Positions 1 through 9,215 of a stretch of DNA of 44,584 nt are shown piece after piece. Numbering within the stretch: position 1 is the first letter of the stretch; the number at the start of each line of letters is the position of its first letter. The DNA comes from an uncultured Myxococcales bacterium (GTDB lineage: Bacteria; Myxococcota_A; SURF-8). The translations under genes and the position numbers were made by a program. The DNA is taken from assembly GCA_964437525.1 (NCBI GenBank), contig CAYTHG010000003.1, positions 1-44,584 of the forward strand, written 5' to 3'. Below the pieces are notes generated by a model. The model saw only the letters and a program-made list of their open reading frames with translations. It had not been told where the DNA came from and searched no databases.

Positions 1-361
1 GTGTCATCCTTTTCTTTAAAGATACTCATTCAATTCACAGGTGACTGTTTTGACACATGACGCGCATAGCCAAGGGCGGTAAGGATCTGCGCTTATCGGG
101 ACATGTCAAAAATGAGTAGAATTCCGGTTGCTTTTCATTTGACAAAAACCTCTTTCATCACTAATACTGTAGACAGAGGGCAGTAGTTAAAGAACATTTT
201 TAGGGAGCGTGAGCTATTTCAGGCGCGTGACCCAGAGGGTTTCTTGCAGTAGCGAGATTCATCGTGGAGCATTTCGGTCTGGATTACACCGCGCGGGATC
301 GAGGGCTTCATAAGAGATGCTAACTTGAGAGGCGAAGTCTGCCGGAAAGGTGGTCAACCTA

Positions 362-1036
362 ATGGCTCGTAAAGAATTCCCCCAGGTACATTCGTTTTTA
401 AGAGCTCGTATCGACTTTAGAAATCGCAGTCTTATCGCATCAATAGACAGGTTCTCGGAAAGACGTATCCGCATCAAGACGGGCTATCCTTTTTTCAAGG
501 GAGACACTGTTTACCTGGAATGCCAGGTCATGCCCGACAGGCCCTTAAACGCCCAGGGCGTAGTGCAAAGATGTTACGAAGTAGCCGATTGCAACCTGGT
601 ATCCTATATGGTGGACATCAACTGGATCAACCTCGACGAACGCCAGAAGTTCCTGGTCCGCGAATACATGAGCCAGTTCGCCAATCGTCGCCGCCAGAAC
701 AGGCAGGAAATCCCCTTGACCACAAGCGTCATCGCCCCGGTGGTCTTAGACGACCTGGAAGTATTGAACGCGTCTGCCAACAGCCTGTTTGTCGCCACCG
801 AAGAAGACCTGCCCGCCAAAACCCATGTGCGCATGATATTGAAAACACCCAAGCGCAGCGTTATTGCAGACGGCATGGTCATCCATCGTGTAGATCCAAA
901 GCGGGCAAAAGAAATCGGGCGCAGACCAGGAGTCGGATTACAGATTTTAAAGATGCAAGCCGACGAACAGCCATTCTGGAACGATTTCGTGGAGAACTGG
1001 TGCTTCGAGCAGGAAAACGTGAAGTCCTCGGCTTGA
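362..1036 (+). CDS. PilZ-like domain protein with degenerate c-di-GMP-binding motifs
   Basis: The track ORF is 350..1036. ATG 362 lies about 9-12 nt after an AAGGTGG Shine-Dalgarno-like run, so I prefer it to GTG 350. Two beta-rich halves resemble PilZ: RARIDFRNR...IDRFSERRIRI (DxSxxG-like, with the Gly replaced) and a C-terminal GVGLQI block. A hairpin follows at 1097..1130. Confidence 0.5.
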   Translation: MARKEFPQVHSFLRARIDFRNRSLIASIDRFSERRIRIKTGYPFFKGDTVYLECQVMPDRPLNAQGVVQRCYEVADCNLVSYMVDINWINLDERQKFLVREYMSQFANRRRQNRQEIPLTTSVIAPVVLDDLEVLNASANSLFVATEEDLPAKTHVRMILKTPKRSVIADGMVIHRVDPKRAKEIGRRPGVGLQILKMQADEQPFWNDFVENWCFEQENVKSSA

Positions 1037-1096
1037 GTCAGGGTTATCGGTGATAGCTTTTTGAAGGTTTCGTTCAAGGGCAAAAACAAAATTCCT

Positions 1097-1130
1097 AGCG
1101 GCGAGGCGTAAGCCCGCCGCTGTTGGGTTT
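1097..1130 (+). terminator. Candidate Rho-independent terminator after the first PilZ gene
   Basis: agcggcgaggc-gtaa-gcccgccgct forms a roughly 10-bp GC-rich stem with one bulged A and a GNRA-type loop. It is followed by the T-rich run gttgggtttgt. Confidence 0.45.
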
Positions 1131-1226
1131 GTACCCTCCTCCCCTCATATATGGACATTTAATTGCTTCAAGCGGGTCTGCTGTGTTAAAATTGCGTAGC
1201 TTTAATTGCCTCAGTGGGTTGTAAAA

Positions 1227-2408
1227 ATGAACGCTAACAATAAGCGTAAGCATGAGCGTTTCGGTGTCAGACTGACGGTCGATTTGAAAGACCGCAAGGG
1301 TCGCCACCCTCTTCCGACCGGAAATATCAGTCGTTACGGGCTGTTTATGGCGACACCGGACCCCAAACCACAGCGCCAGTTGATACAGATGGTCATCGTT
1401 TTCCCTCACACGAAAGAAGAAATCGAGGTGATGGGGCAGGTGATGTGGTCTTCCAAGACCGGCGGTCAGCGCGGCGAAGAGCAGCCCGGCATGGGTATAA
1501 AGTTTTTCTCCATGCCCGAGGAACATCGCAAAAAATGGGAAGAGTTCGTCGAGCAGCTTCGCTCAGGCAAGCTTAACTTTGAAGATGTCTCGGAACCCAA
1601 ACCTGAGATCAAAGAAGAATCTGCCAGCGTGGTTGCCATTGGCGAAGAAGAGCTTGAAGAACTTGACGATCTCGATCTGGGCGACCTCGAAGAAGAAATG
1701 GACGAGGCTGCCAAGTCCGTAATCGAATTCGACGACGACGAAGAGGTGCTTGAGGCCGATCCCAAAAGCGGCGGTCTGATTGACATCTCGGGCGAGATAG
1801 ACCGATATGAAGAAGAGCAGGCAGTACAGAGCATGGAGAAAAACGGCAAGAGCGAAGACGAACGCCGTGTGTTCCCGCGCAAGCTGGCAACCTTCATGAT
1901 ACGCATGTCCAATGTCGAGGAAATGCGTGAATTCTATACCCGCGACATCTCCTTAGGCGGCCTGTTCCTCAAAACCGATATGCAACGCAAGGTCAGCGAA
2001 GAAATACGTCTGGTTATAGTTCACCCCTGGACTGCCCAAGAATTCAGCCTGCCATCCGAAGTTGCCCGCATCGAAAGCGACGAGACCGGTCAGCAAGCCG
2101 GTCTGGGCATACGTTTTGTCGGCATGAATGATCTTCTGCAGGACTCGCTTCTGATTTTCATCGAAACGGGTTTCGTGGTCGAGCGCACATCGGTTGACAT
2201 TCCGGCTGAATCCGACGTACTTAGAACGCTCGAACTGATCGACCTGGATATCAAAGACAACCCCATAGACGATGCGGCACACTTCAAAGCCGGAATGCTG
2301 GCCCTGTTTGTAACCGACCGCGAGAAGGCCAGAGAGCATCTTGAGTTGGCGGAGAAGCTGGGTCATCAGGTCCCTGCAGGAGCAAAGGCCAGGTTGCAGC
2401 ACGGCTAA
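1227..2408 (+). CDS. Tandem PilZ-domain protein with acidic linker
   Basis: ATG 1227 (MNANNKRKHERF) is preferred over TTG 1206. The N-terminal PilZ has RKHERF (RxxxR), GNISRYGLFM (D/NxSxxG) and GMGIKF. The C-terminal PilZ has ERRVFPRK, TRDISLGGLFL and GLGIRF. A D/E-rich linker of about 90 aa separates them. There is a 3-nt gap to the next gene. Confidence 0.75.
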   Translation: MNANNKRKHERFGVRLTVDLKDRKGRHPLPTGNISRYGLFMATPDPKPQRQLIQMVIVFPHTKEEIEVMGQVMWSSKTGGQRGEEQPGMGIKFFSMPEEHRKKWEEFVEQLRSGKLNFEDVSEPKPEIKEESASVVAIGEEELEELDDLDLGDLEEEMDEAAKSVIEFDDDEEVLEADPKSGGLIDISGEIDRYEEEQAVQSMEKNGKSEDERRVFPRKLATFMIRMSNVEEMREFYTRDISLGGLFLKTDMQRKVSEEIRLVIVHPWTAQEFSLPSEVARIESDETGQQAGLGIRFVGMNDLLQDSLLIFIETGFVVERTSVDIPAESDVLRTLELIDLDIKDNPIDDAAHFKAGMLALFVTDREKAREHLELAEKLGHQVPAGAKARLQHG

Positions 2409-2411
2409 AAA

Positions 2412-3563
2412 ATGCCCCCAAATAAATCGAGCAGCACTCCTGATACAAGACACGAGCACAAAGACGCAGTCGATGTAGCCATAGTAGGCGGCGGCATAGT
2501 CGGCTTGTTCTGCGGTTTATATCTGGCACAGGCCGGGTATGAGTGCGTACTTTTAGAAAAGAATTCTCGTCTGGGAGAAGAAACCAGCACGCGGAATTCC
2601 GGCGTCTTCCATGCCGGGCTGTATTATCCGCCGGGATCTTTAAAAGCCCGTTTGTGTGTGCGCGGAAAGATCCTGATCGAAGAATGGGCTCGCCGCCTGA
2701 ACATCTCCCATGACATCTGCGGAAAACTTTTAGTGGCCGTCGAGCCTTGCGAAGTCGGCAAGCTGGAAGACATTTACAAGTGCGGCAGCGAAAACGGCGC
2801 GCAGGATCTGCGGATGCTGGATGCGTCGGAAGCCAGTCGCATGGAACCGAACATAAAAGTCGCAGCCGCATTGCTATCACCCAGAAGCGGCATAGTCGAT
2901 CAATCCGAATTGATCCAGCGCGTGGCTGGTTACGCCGAATCCCAAGGACTGCTGACACTTGTTGGAGCGGAAGTCTGTGCAATAGAGCCCGAAGGCGAGT
3001 TGCTCAAAATCTCCACCGTCGCTCGCGGTTCGATTGCCGCCCGCTTTGTCATCAACGCCGCCGGATTGCATTCGGACAAGGTCGCGGCAATGACAGGCGA
3101 TGACAGTCACAGAATCCACCCCTGCCGTGGCGAATACTGCACGGTCGTGCCCAGCCGCGCTAAAGGACTTGTCAGCGGCTTGGTTTACCCTGTGCCGTCT
3201 AATGCAAAAAGCCTCGGCGTGCATTTCACACCCACCATTGCAGGCGAGCTTTTGGTCGGCCCGTCCGCCATGTACATAGATAAAAAAGACGATTATGAAA
3301 ACTCGCGCCTGCCCGAAAATATCTTTTTCGAGTCGGGCAAACGCCTGCTCCCCGGCCTCAAGTTGTCCGACCTGCGGCTTGGCATAAGCGGCATCCGTCC
3401 CAAGCGCATCCCCGAAGGCCAGCCCGCCGCCGACTTTTTCATAGATTATTCACCCGAATACAAAAACGCCCTCAACCTGGTAGGCATAGAATCCCCCGGC
3501 CTGACAGCCTCACCCGCCATAGGCGAGCTGGTGCTGAAAATGGTCAAGGATGTTTTGGGTTAG
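2412..3563 (+). CDS. FAD-dependent oxidoreductase, DAO family, L-2-hydroxyglutarate oxidase (LhgO)-like
   Basis: It has the Rossmann motif DVAIVGGGIVGLFCG...LLEK. The block NSGVFHAGLYYPPGSLKARLC is typical of LhgO-type flavoenzymes. The gene starts 3 nt after the upstream stop. Confidence 0.8.
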   Translation: MPPNKSSSTPDTRHEHKDAVDVAIVGGGIVGLFCGLYLAQAGYECVLLEKNSRLGEETSTRNSGVFHAGLYYPPGSLKARLCVRGKILIEEWARRLNISHDICGKLLVAVEPCEVGKLEDIYKCGSENGAQDLRMLDASEASRMEPNIKVAAALLSPRSGIVDQSELIQRVAGYAESQGLLTLVGAEVCAIEPEGELLKISTVARGSIAARFVINAAGLHSDKVAAMTGDDSHRIHPCRGEYCTVVPSRAKGLVSGLVYPVPSNAKSLGVHFTPTIAGELLVGPSAMYIDKKDDYENSRLPENIFFESGKRLLPGLKLSDLRLGISGIRPKRIPEGQPAADFFIDYSPEYKNALNLVGIESPGLTASPAIGELVLKMVKDVLG

Positions 3564-3569
3564 GATAGT

Positions 3570-4277
3570 TTAGGCTAAGGGCAATTCCACGCAGACGCAC
3601 AGCCCGCCTGCATTTCCACTGACAGCATATATCCTGCCTGAATTCTTATGGACAAGCTGGCCTGCTATGGCAAGCCCCAGACCGCTGCCATCGTTGCGGC
3701 GCGGGGTCGCGGATTCGCCTTTATAGAAAGGCTCGAAGATACGCTGCAATTCTTCGTCGCTCAAGACGGGGCCATCGTTGCAGATTTCAACCAACCACGA
3801 ATCAATATGGCGTTCGGTCTTTATGGTCACCGCCGTGTTCTCAGGCGCGTATTTCAAGGCGTTTTGCAGAAGCTCATCAAAGACACGCTCAAGCTCGTTG
3901 CCGCAAACTGAGGCGGGCATAGCCTCTTGAGGCAGCGCAAGCTTGATGGACAAGGCGCTGCGCTCGAAGAGTCTGCGATTGTCGGCAACAAGCTTTTCTA
4001 AGATTTGCGAAAGATCCGCCACAGACGGCGCGGAGTTTTGCGGCTCATTGTCCAAAAGACGATACTCGATGGCGTCGCGTACCAGCAGACGCAGACGCTT
4101 GACATCCTTTTCAAGAGCTTCGACAATCTCACCGGCGGCGTTCCGGCGGCGCAGGATTTCCAGGTTGATCTCCATTCGTTGCAACGAACCCTTTAACTGG
4201 TGGGCGGCTGCGGCCAGAATATCTTTGGCTTCTGTTGTGGATATCTTCGAAGAATCTTTGTCGGGATCTTTGCCCAT
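3570..4277 (-). CDS. Cytoplasmic sensor-less histidine kinase (DHp + HATPase_c only)
   Basis: Motifs seen: H-box AAAHQLKGSL, N-box LLQNALKYAP, G1 NDGPV, F-box IFEPFYKG and G2 GSGLGLAI. The protein is 235 aa with no TM segment or input domain. It is the last gene of the minus-strand operon, with a 15-nt gap to the upstream gene. Confidence 0.8.
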   Translation of the reverse strand: MGKDPDKDSSKISTTEAKDILAAAAHQLKGSLQRMEINLEILRRRNAAGEIVEALEKDVKRLRLLVRDAIEYRLLDNEPQNSAPSVADLSQILEKLVADNRRLFERSALSIKLALPQEAMPASVCGNELERVFDELLQNALKYAPENTAVTIKTERHIDSWLVEICNDGPVLSDEELQRIFEPFYKGESATPRRNDGSGLGLAIAGQLVHKNSGRIYAVSGNAGGLCVCVELPLA

Positions 4278-4292
4278 GAGTTTTTCTCCGAA

Positions 4293-5870
4293 TCAAGGAA
4301 TGACTATCTCGAACTCGCCAGCCTCGTTGGTGGTACCGGAGGCGATCACTTCCGCTATGTGCTTGGTGGGCCTGACACGGAAGACCTCCAGGTATACCGA
4401 GGGAATAAGGTTTCCTTCGGGATCGAGGACTTTGCCGGAAAGCAACCTGCCCGGCAAAAGCTGCGCATCCAGATTGCCGTCGGTGGACAACTGCACGTCG
4501 TAGACTACCTGACGCGCAAGCGGAGAGCCTGTCTGTGCCACAAAAGACACATCGTAGGTTCCAGGATCGATCCGCAAGGCGTATCGTCCGGCGGAGTCAG
4601 TCTGGGTGGATTTGAGGTATGCCGTCGAGCCTTCGTCGCTGGTGGCTTTTTTATTAGCCATGACTTTTACATCGGCCAATGGAATACCGTCTTCGTTTGC
4701 AACAGCGCCTGAGAGCAGCAGGCGGCGCGGAAGAACAAAGTCTCGTATGACAGACTCCGAACCGCAGTCCAGCGAGTCGGGCCGTAGTATGGCGAAATCG
4801 CTTTCCACCGGCGGCAGGATAGTGATGCTGTAGTCGTCTTCTTCGGATTCAGGGTTGCTCATCAGAAGTTTTAGTTCGTACTTGCCGTTCTCGTCGGTAT
4901 CGACGCTTTTTTCATAACGACCGCCACCGATGACTCCGGAAAACAGTAGCGACGCGCCTTCTATGGGATTGCCGTCCTCACCTGAGACAATGCCGGACAT
5001 CCGGCATTCCTTGCGCTCTATGGCATCCACCGTCAAGTCCAGCTTGGCAGGTTCCGGCTGCACAATGCCTTCTTCACCGACCCAGATAGCTTCTTCAAAA
5101 ATGATAGTCGGCCACAAGGGTGCGTCTTGGCTGGCCGAGAGCGAGACGTTGTAGTGTCCTTCGTAGTTCGGCAGATGCAGTTGACTGAAGCTGCCGTCAT
5201 CTTCTGTGTAGACAAAATTCGTCCGCCGCAACTCGTCGCCGCTTTCGTATGCGTAGACCTTGACACCCGCCTGAGGCTCGCCATCGCCATCCAAAACCGA
5301 ACCGTCTATGCGATAGCCGCGCAGAAAAGCGATGGTCTCTGAAAGCGCGCTGTCGATATTGAGATCGTCGTAAAAGATCAGCGGCGGATAACTGCCCTGA
5401 TCCACAGGATAGACCAGCCGCGAATAATAACTTGTCAGAACGTCGGCAGAGAATATGGCGTCGCCCAACTTGTCGGGATCGCTGGTGGATATGGAAACCT
5501 GCGGCAGCGGGTGGCCGGGAATCATGTCGTTGAGCGTAGAATGCACAAGGTTGATTCCGGCTTCTATGGGGTTGCCGTCGGGATCGACCACTCGCCCTGA
5601 GTATTTGACGGAAGGCTCCAGCGTCAAAACGCCATCGAAGTTGTCCAATGACAAATCCACCACCTGCTGGATCGGCAGGCCGCTTTGTGCAGGCGGGCTC
5701 AACTCGATAGAGATGGTGCCGCCCACGGCATCGCTGATTTCGCGCTCTACTTCAAGCTCCAAATCGTAATCGCCGTCCACTCCCTGATCAGAATCTGAGC
5801 TGCAAGCGGGCAGCAGACAAAGCGCAAGGCCAGAGATAACAAGGGCAAACATTATCAACGGTAATTTCAT
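4293..5870 (-). CDS. Lipoprotein with five carboxypeptidase-regulatory-like (CarboxypepD_reg) beta-sandwich repeats
   Basis: I moved the start to ATG 5870 (MKLPLIMFALVISGLALCLLPAC, lipobox LPAC). The track's 5' extension to 5960 overlaps the end of the upstream gene (stop at 5900). Repeats seen: SGRVVDPDGNPIEAG, DGSVLDGDGEPQAG, SGIVSGEDGNPIEGA, SGAVANEDGIPLADV and SGKVLDPEGNLIPSV. Confidence 0.72.
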   Translation of the reverse strand: MKLPLIMFALVISGLALCLLPACSSDSDQGVDGDYDLELEVEREISDAVGGTISIELSPPAQSGLPIQQVVDLSLDNFDGVLTLEPSVKYSGRVVDPDGNPIEAGINLVHSTLNDMIPGHPLPQVSISTSDPDKLGDAIFSADVLTSYYSRLVYPVDQGSYPPLIFYDDLNIDSALSETIAFLRGYRIDGSVLDGDGEPQAGVKVYAYESGDELRRTNFVYTEDDGSFSQLHLPNYEGHYNVSLSASQDAPLWPTIIFEEAIWVGEEGIVQPEPAKLDLTVDAIERKECRMSGIVSGEDGNPIEGASLLFSGVIGGGRYEKSVDTDENGKYELKLLMSNPESEEDDYSITILPPVESDFAILRPDSLDCGSESVIRDFVLPRRLLLSGAVANEDGIPLADVKVMANKKATSDEGSTAYLKSTQTDSAGRYALRIDPGTYDVSFVAQTGSPLARQVVYDVQLSTDGNLDAQLLPGRLLSGKVLDPEGNLIPSVYLEVFRVRPTKHIAEVIASGTTNEAGEFEIVIP

Positions 5871-5899
5871 AAGCCTGATGCAGGTTTTGTTTTCGTTTA

Positions 5900-6472
5900 T
5901 CATTGGCATTGCTCCACCGGGTTCGTAATCGGCGGCTCGGACACGAAATCGATAATCCAACTGTTGTGATCCGTGTGCGCGCCGATAGGTATGGTTCTGA
6001 GGTCCGCGCCCTCATCGCCTTCGACAAACCCCATATCAGAGACGATGACCTCGAGTATATGCCGCGTGTCTTCGGTGTCCTGCGCGGCAATCCTCTGGGG
6101 GTTGAGTGTATATGTCATGCCGACGCCGTCTATCTTCGGTTCGGCTTCTTCGTAATCCAGGAACCAGCGAATGCTGTAATCGTTTTCACCTCCGCCGTCT
6201 TCGGTGGTGGAAAGATCCAATATACTGAAGGTCCAGTTCGGGCAATCCTGATGAACTTCAGTCTGGCCGAAGGGCGGCTTGACGTTTTTCATGATCGGCC
6301 AACTTGAAATCTCTTCTTCGAACTCCAGATCGCCATCGACACGCCGGTTGATTTCTTCGGATACTACACAGGAGGACAAAGCGAGGACAAAGCACAGCGT
6401 CACAAAACACAGATCGATGAACAAGCTGATAGCTGAAAGCCCTTTTGCGGATTTTGTGTTTTCCCTGAGCAT
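5900..6472 (-). CDS. Small lipoprotein, unknown function
   Basis: The track ORF 5900..6745 has a 91-codon 5' extension lying out of frame inside the EBP gene. ATG at 6472 gives MLRENTK...VLALSSC (lipobox LSSC). It overlaps the EBP stop by 1 nt (TGATG on the minus strand). Confidence 0.65.
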   Translation of the reverse strand: MLRENTKSAKGLSAISLFIDLCFVTLCFVLALSSCVVSEEINRRVDGDLEFEEEISSWPIMKNVKPPFGQTEVHQDCPNWTFSILDLSTTEDGGGENDYSIRWFLDYEEAEPKIDGVGMTYTLNPQRIAAQDTEDTRHILEVIVSDMGFVEGDEGADLRTIPIGAHTDHNSWIIDFVSEPPITNPVEQCQ

Positions 6473-8262
6473 CAAACCTCGTTCATTTTTTCCAGATAAC
6501 GGAATATTGTTCGCGGGTCCACGTCTAGCATCTGCGCCGTCTTGGTGCGGTTGCCGTTGTTTACCTTCAAGGCCTTCCTGATGTATTCCTTCTGAAAATC
6601 TTCCCGGGCCACAGCCAACGGTTGCAGTATTCCGCCCTGAGCAGCCGCTTCTATTTCCAGATCTTCCGGCTCCACCATGTTGGATTCGAGCAGAATAACC
6701 GCCTTCTTGATGCGGTTCTCCAACTCGCGCACGTTGCCCGGCCAAGCGTAGGTTTTGAGCGCCTCTACAGCCCTCTGCGAGAAACCCTTTATTTTGCGTG
6801 AATATTCCTCGCTGTAGCGGTTGAGGAAATACTTGGCGATCAAAAGAACATCGTCTCCGCGCTCGCGCAGAGGCGGCAACTGCAAGCCTATCACGTTCAG
6901 TCGGTAGTATAGATCCTCGCGGAATCTGCCATCGGCGATGGCCTGCTCCAACGGCTGGTTGGTAGCCGCCACGATGCGTATATCCACTTCGATAGAACTG
7001 GTTTCTCCGACCGGTACAACGCGATGTTCTTCCAGCGCCCGCAAAATCTTGACCTGCAGTTCCATGGGCATGTCGCCGACTTCGTCTAAAAACAAGGTGC
7101 CGCCGTCGGCTGCCTTGAACTTACCCATTCTGCTTGAGACCGCGCCGGTAAAGGCTCCGCGCTTGTGACCGAAAAGTTCACTTTCCAATAGCTCACCGGG
7201 AATAGCACCGCAGTTAATGGCCACAAAAGGCCCGTCCTTGCGCGGCGACTTCTCGTGTATTTCTCGGGCCACCAGTTCTTTACCGGTTCCCGTGTCGCCC
7301 TGGATCAAGACCGGCACATCCACACCGGCGATTTTAGAAATCTTGATGAACACGTCGCGCATGGCTTCCGAAGAACCTATCATGCTCCCGAATCTGATCT
7401 GGTCTATCTTTTCGCGCAACTCCTTGCGATCCAGTTGCAACTCATTGACCATCAGCGCATTCTGAATCAGCAGCGAGGCCTGTCCCGCAAAGACTTCCAG
7501 AAGTTGCAGTTTTTCCGGCGTGAAAAGATTGATGACGCTGTTGTTGCCGAGATACAGAATCCCCAGAAAGTTTCCGCGCGCGATGAGCGGCACGCACATC
7601 ACGGAGGAAAGCTTGAGATTCATAACCGAGACCGACTTGTTGAAAGAATCGTCGTTCATGGCATCGGACACTATGACCGACTTGCGGGATTCGACCACCT
7701 TGGCAATGATGGTATCCGAAACATAGCTGATGGCGTTGGCGATGGTTTCTTTTTTCAGATTCCTTGCAACCGTGAACTCAAAGCCTTTATCCTCGCGCTT
7801 CAAAATCAAAAAGCCGCTGTCGGCCTGGCTGGCGTCGATCACAAGATCTATCAGAGAGTTCAAGAGTTCTTCGATTCTATACTGCGACAAGAGTCGTTCG
7901 GTGAATTCGTGCAGCTTGCGATAACCGGCTATCTCGGCCTGAGCCGACTCGCCCGCACCGGAGTTCATTTCGTCGAAAAGGTCGAAGGTCAGATTGACAT
8001 CGCCTATGGTGATGACATCCTTATGCGTCAGCTTATAGTTTTTTTCACGCTTGCCGTTTATCTGTATGACGTTTTTCTTGCTGACACCCGAGATGGTGTA
8101 GTGCTTGCCGTCGAAGACTATATATGCGTGGTTGTCGTCCAATCCCTGGCTGGAAATGCAGATATCGTTTGTATTCTCCGATCCCAGCGTGGTGATTTTT
8201 TTAAAAAGCCGCACAGTCTGCGGGCCGTTGGGATTGTTGTATATGAACTGTAAACTTGGCAT
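6472..8262 (-). CDS. Sigma54-dependent transcriptional activator (bacterial enhancer-binding protein, EBP) with N-terminal FHA and GAF domains
   Basis: FHA-like N-terminus: TLGSENTNDICI...NHAYIVF...INGK...ITIGD. GAF block: DSGFLILKRED...MCVPLIARGNFLGILYLGN. AAA+ motifs: Walker A GDTGTGKE, GAFTGA and Walker B LFLDEVGDM. The C-terminus has a Fis-type HTH, NRTKTAQMLDVDPRTIFRYL. Confidence 0.93.
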   Translation of the reverse strand: MPSLQFIYNNPNGPQTVRLFKKITTLGSENTNDICISSQGLDDNHAYIVFDGKHYTISGVSKKNVIQINGKREKNYKLTHKDVITIGDVNLTFDLFDEMNSGAGESAQAEIAGYRKLHEFTERLLSQYRIEELLNSLIDLVIDASQADSGFLILKREDKGFEFTVARNLKKETIANAISYVSDTIIAKVVESRKSVIVSDAMNDDSFNKSVSVMNLKLSSVMCVPLIARGNFLGILYLGNNSVINLFTPEKLQLLEVFAGQASLLIQNALMVNELQLDRKELREKIDQIRFGSMIGSSEAMRDVFIKISKIAGVDVPVLIQGDTGTGKELVAREIHEKSPRKDGPFVAINCGAIPGELLESELFGHKRGAFTGAVSSRMGKFKAADGGTLFLDEVGDMPMELQVKILRALEEHRVVPVGETSSIEVDIRIVAATNQPLEQAIADGRFREDLYYRLNVIGLQLPPLRERGDDVLLIAKYFLNRYSEEYSRKIKGFSQRAVEALKTYAWPGNVRELENRIKKAVILLESNMVEPEDLEIEAAAQGGILQPLAVAREDFQKEYIRKALKVNNGNRTKTAQMLDVDPRTIFRYLEKMNEV

Positions 8263-8282
8263 TGTCCGTCTCCAATCGCTTT

Positions 8283-9215
8283 CTAGTACTTTATATATAA
8301 AAAGCCGACTTGCGGCCTTTCGTCTTTTTCGTTTTCCTGCTCTTGGTCATCCGACTTAGGATAAGCCTCTGCCGGAAGAACATTGTATTCTTCGTAATTC
8401 AAAGCGGCGTCTATCACTCCGCCTATTGCCAGCGCGACAAATGCCCCCAGCGAGACATACTGCGTTATGCGCCAGTCGCGGGCGTCGGCGGCATCGGATT
8501 TCGAGTAGTAACCGTCGTCGCCTTTCAAGCCGCGCACCATGAAATAGGATGTGATATTCAAGGCCAGAGCCGCAACCTGTCCGGTGGCAAACAGCGTACC
8601 CTTGATATTGTCGCCGTTCTGGAACTGCCCGGCCCCAAAGGGGATAAAGTTTACAAAGTAGTGATTGCGCTGATAGTAGATATCGCGGGTTTCGGGTTCC
8701 TGCTTTTGCTGTTCTTTTAAGCGGGCGGCGCGGATTTCGTCCAGCAGTTCCTTGTTGTCGCTTCTGATTTTCTCAAAAAAATCGATAATGATAGGCGGCA
8801 CCAGCAAGGGGTCGAGTTGATGATCCGGGTCGCGGGTTAAAAGCAGCATAAAGCTTTCTTTTGAACGCGGCCTGTTCTGGAGAATGTAATAGGTGACGCC
8901 TAAAAAGCGATAGACTTTCAGTTGCTCTTCTTCGGAGTCGAAAAGCCTGCGGCGCAATGCTTCTTCGGCATGGGTGACAACCGCCGGGTAATCGCCATAC
9001 TGGAACAGGTTTTCTATATGGGCCAATTCTTCCCGGCCTGTTTCTTTCAAAATCAAAGGCGCATCAAATGCGTTTTCGTCTATTGTGACGGCACCCTCGG
9101 ATTCGTTCTGCTGGGCAAAAGCAAACACAGGAAGAAGCATAAAAGCCAAAAGCAGGCAGCACGCCACAGCGCTTGCAGGCTTTTCGATTTTTCGCTTCAT
9201 ACCCGTCATGGTCAT
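8283..9215 (-). CDS. Exported membrane-anchored protein with TPR-like region, unknown function
   Basis: The signal peptide is CCLLLAFMLLPVFAFAQQ. Two C-terminal hydrophobic helices are present: GTLFATGQVAALALNITSYFMV and YVSLGAFVALAIGGVIDAAL. The start ATG overlaps the kinase stop as ATGA (9212-9215). Confidence 0.72.
   Translation of the reverse strand: MTMTGMKRKIEKPASAVACCLLLAFMLLPVFAFAQQNESEGAVTIDENAFDAPLILKETGREELAHIENLFQYGDYPAVVTHAEEALRRRLFDSEEEQLKVYRFLGVTYYILQNRPRSKESFMLLLTRDPDHQLDPLLVPPIIIDFFEKIRSDNKELLDEIRAARLKEQQKQEPETRDIYYQRNHYFVNFIPFGAGQFQNGDNIKGTLFATGQVAALALNITSYFMVRGLKGDDGYYSKSDAADARDWRITQYVSLGAFVALAIGGVIDAALNYEEYNVLPAEAYPKSDDQEQENEKDERPQVGFLYIKY

Noticed and set aside
1-29. A possible minus-strand gene start (ATG at 29..27, reading MSIFKEKDD...) running off the left edge.
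   Set aside because: Only nine codons are visible, so it cannot be supported or named.
139-167. TTGACA-17 nt-TAATAC, considered as a sigma70 promoter for the first PilZ gene.
   Set aside because: The -35 is perfect but the -10 matches only 3 of 6, and the element is about 190 nt from the start codon. Too weak to list as a feature.
3564-3569. Convergent gene ends with only 6 nt between them. The 25 nt at 17295..17319 are a second case. Both were examined for terminators.
   Set aside because: No hairpin or T-run fits in these gaps, so no feature can be called.
6473-6745. The 5' extension of track ORF 5900..6745 (91 codons), and the similar 5' extension of 4293..5960.
   Set aside because: The extensions overlap the preceding genes out of frame. 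They encode Arg/Gly-rich nonsense ahead of obvious signal peptides. Internal ATGs at 6472 and 5870 give canonical lipoprotein N-termini.
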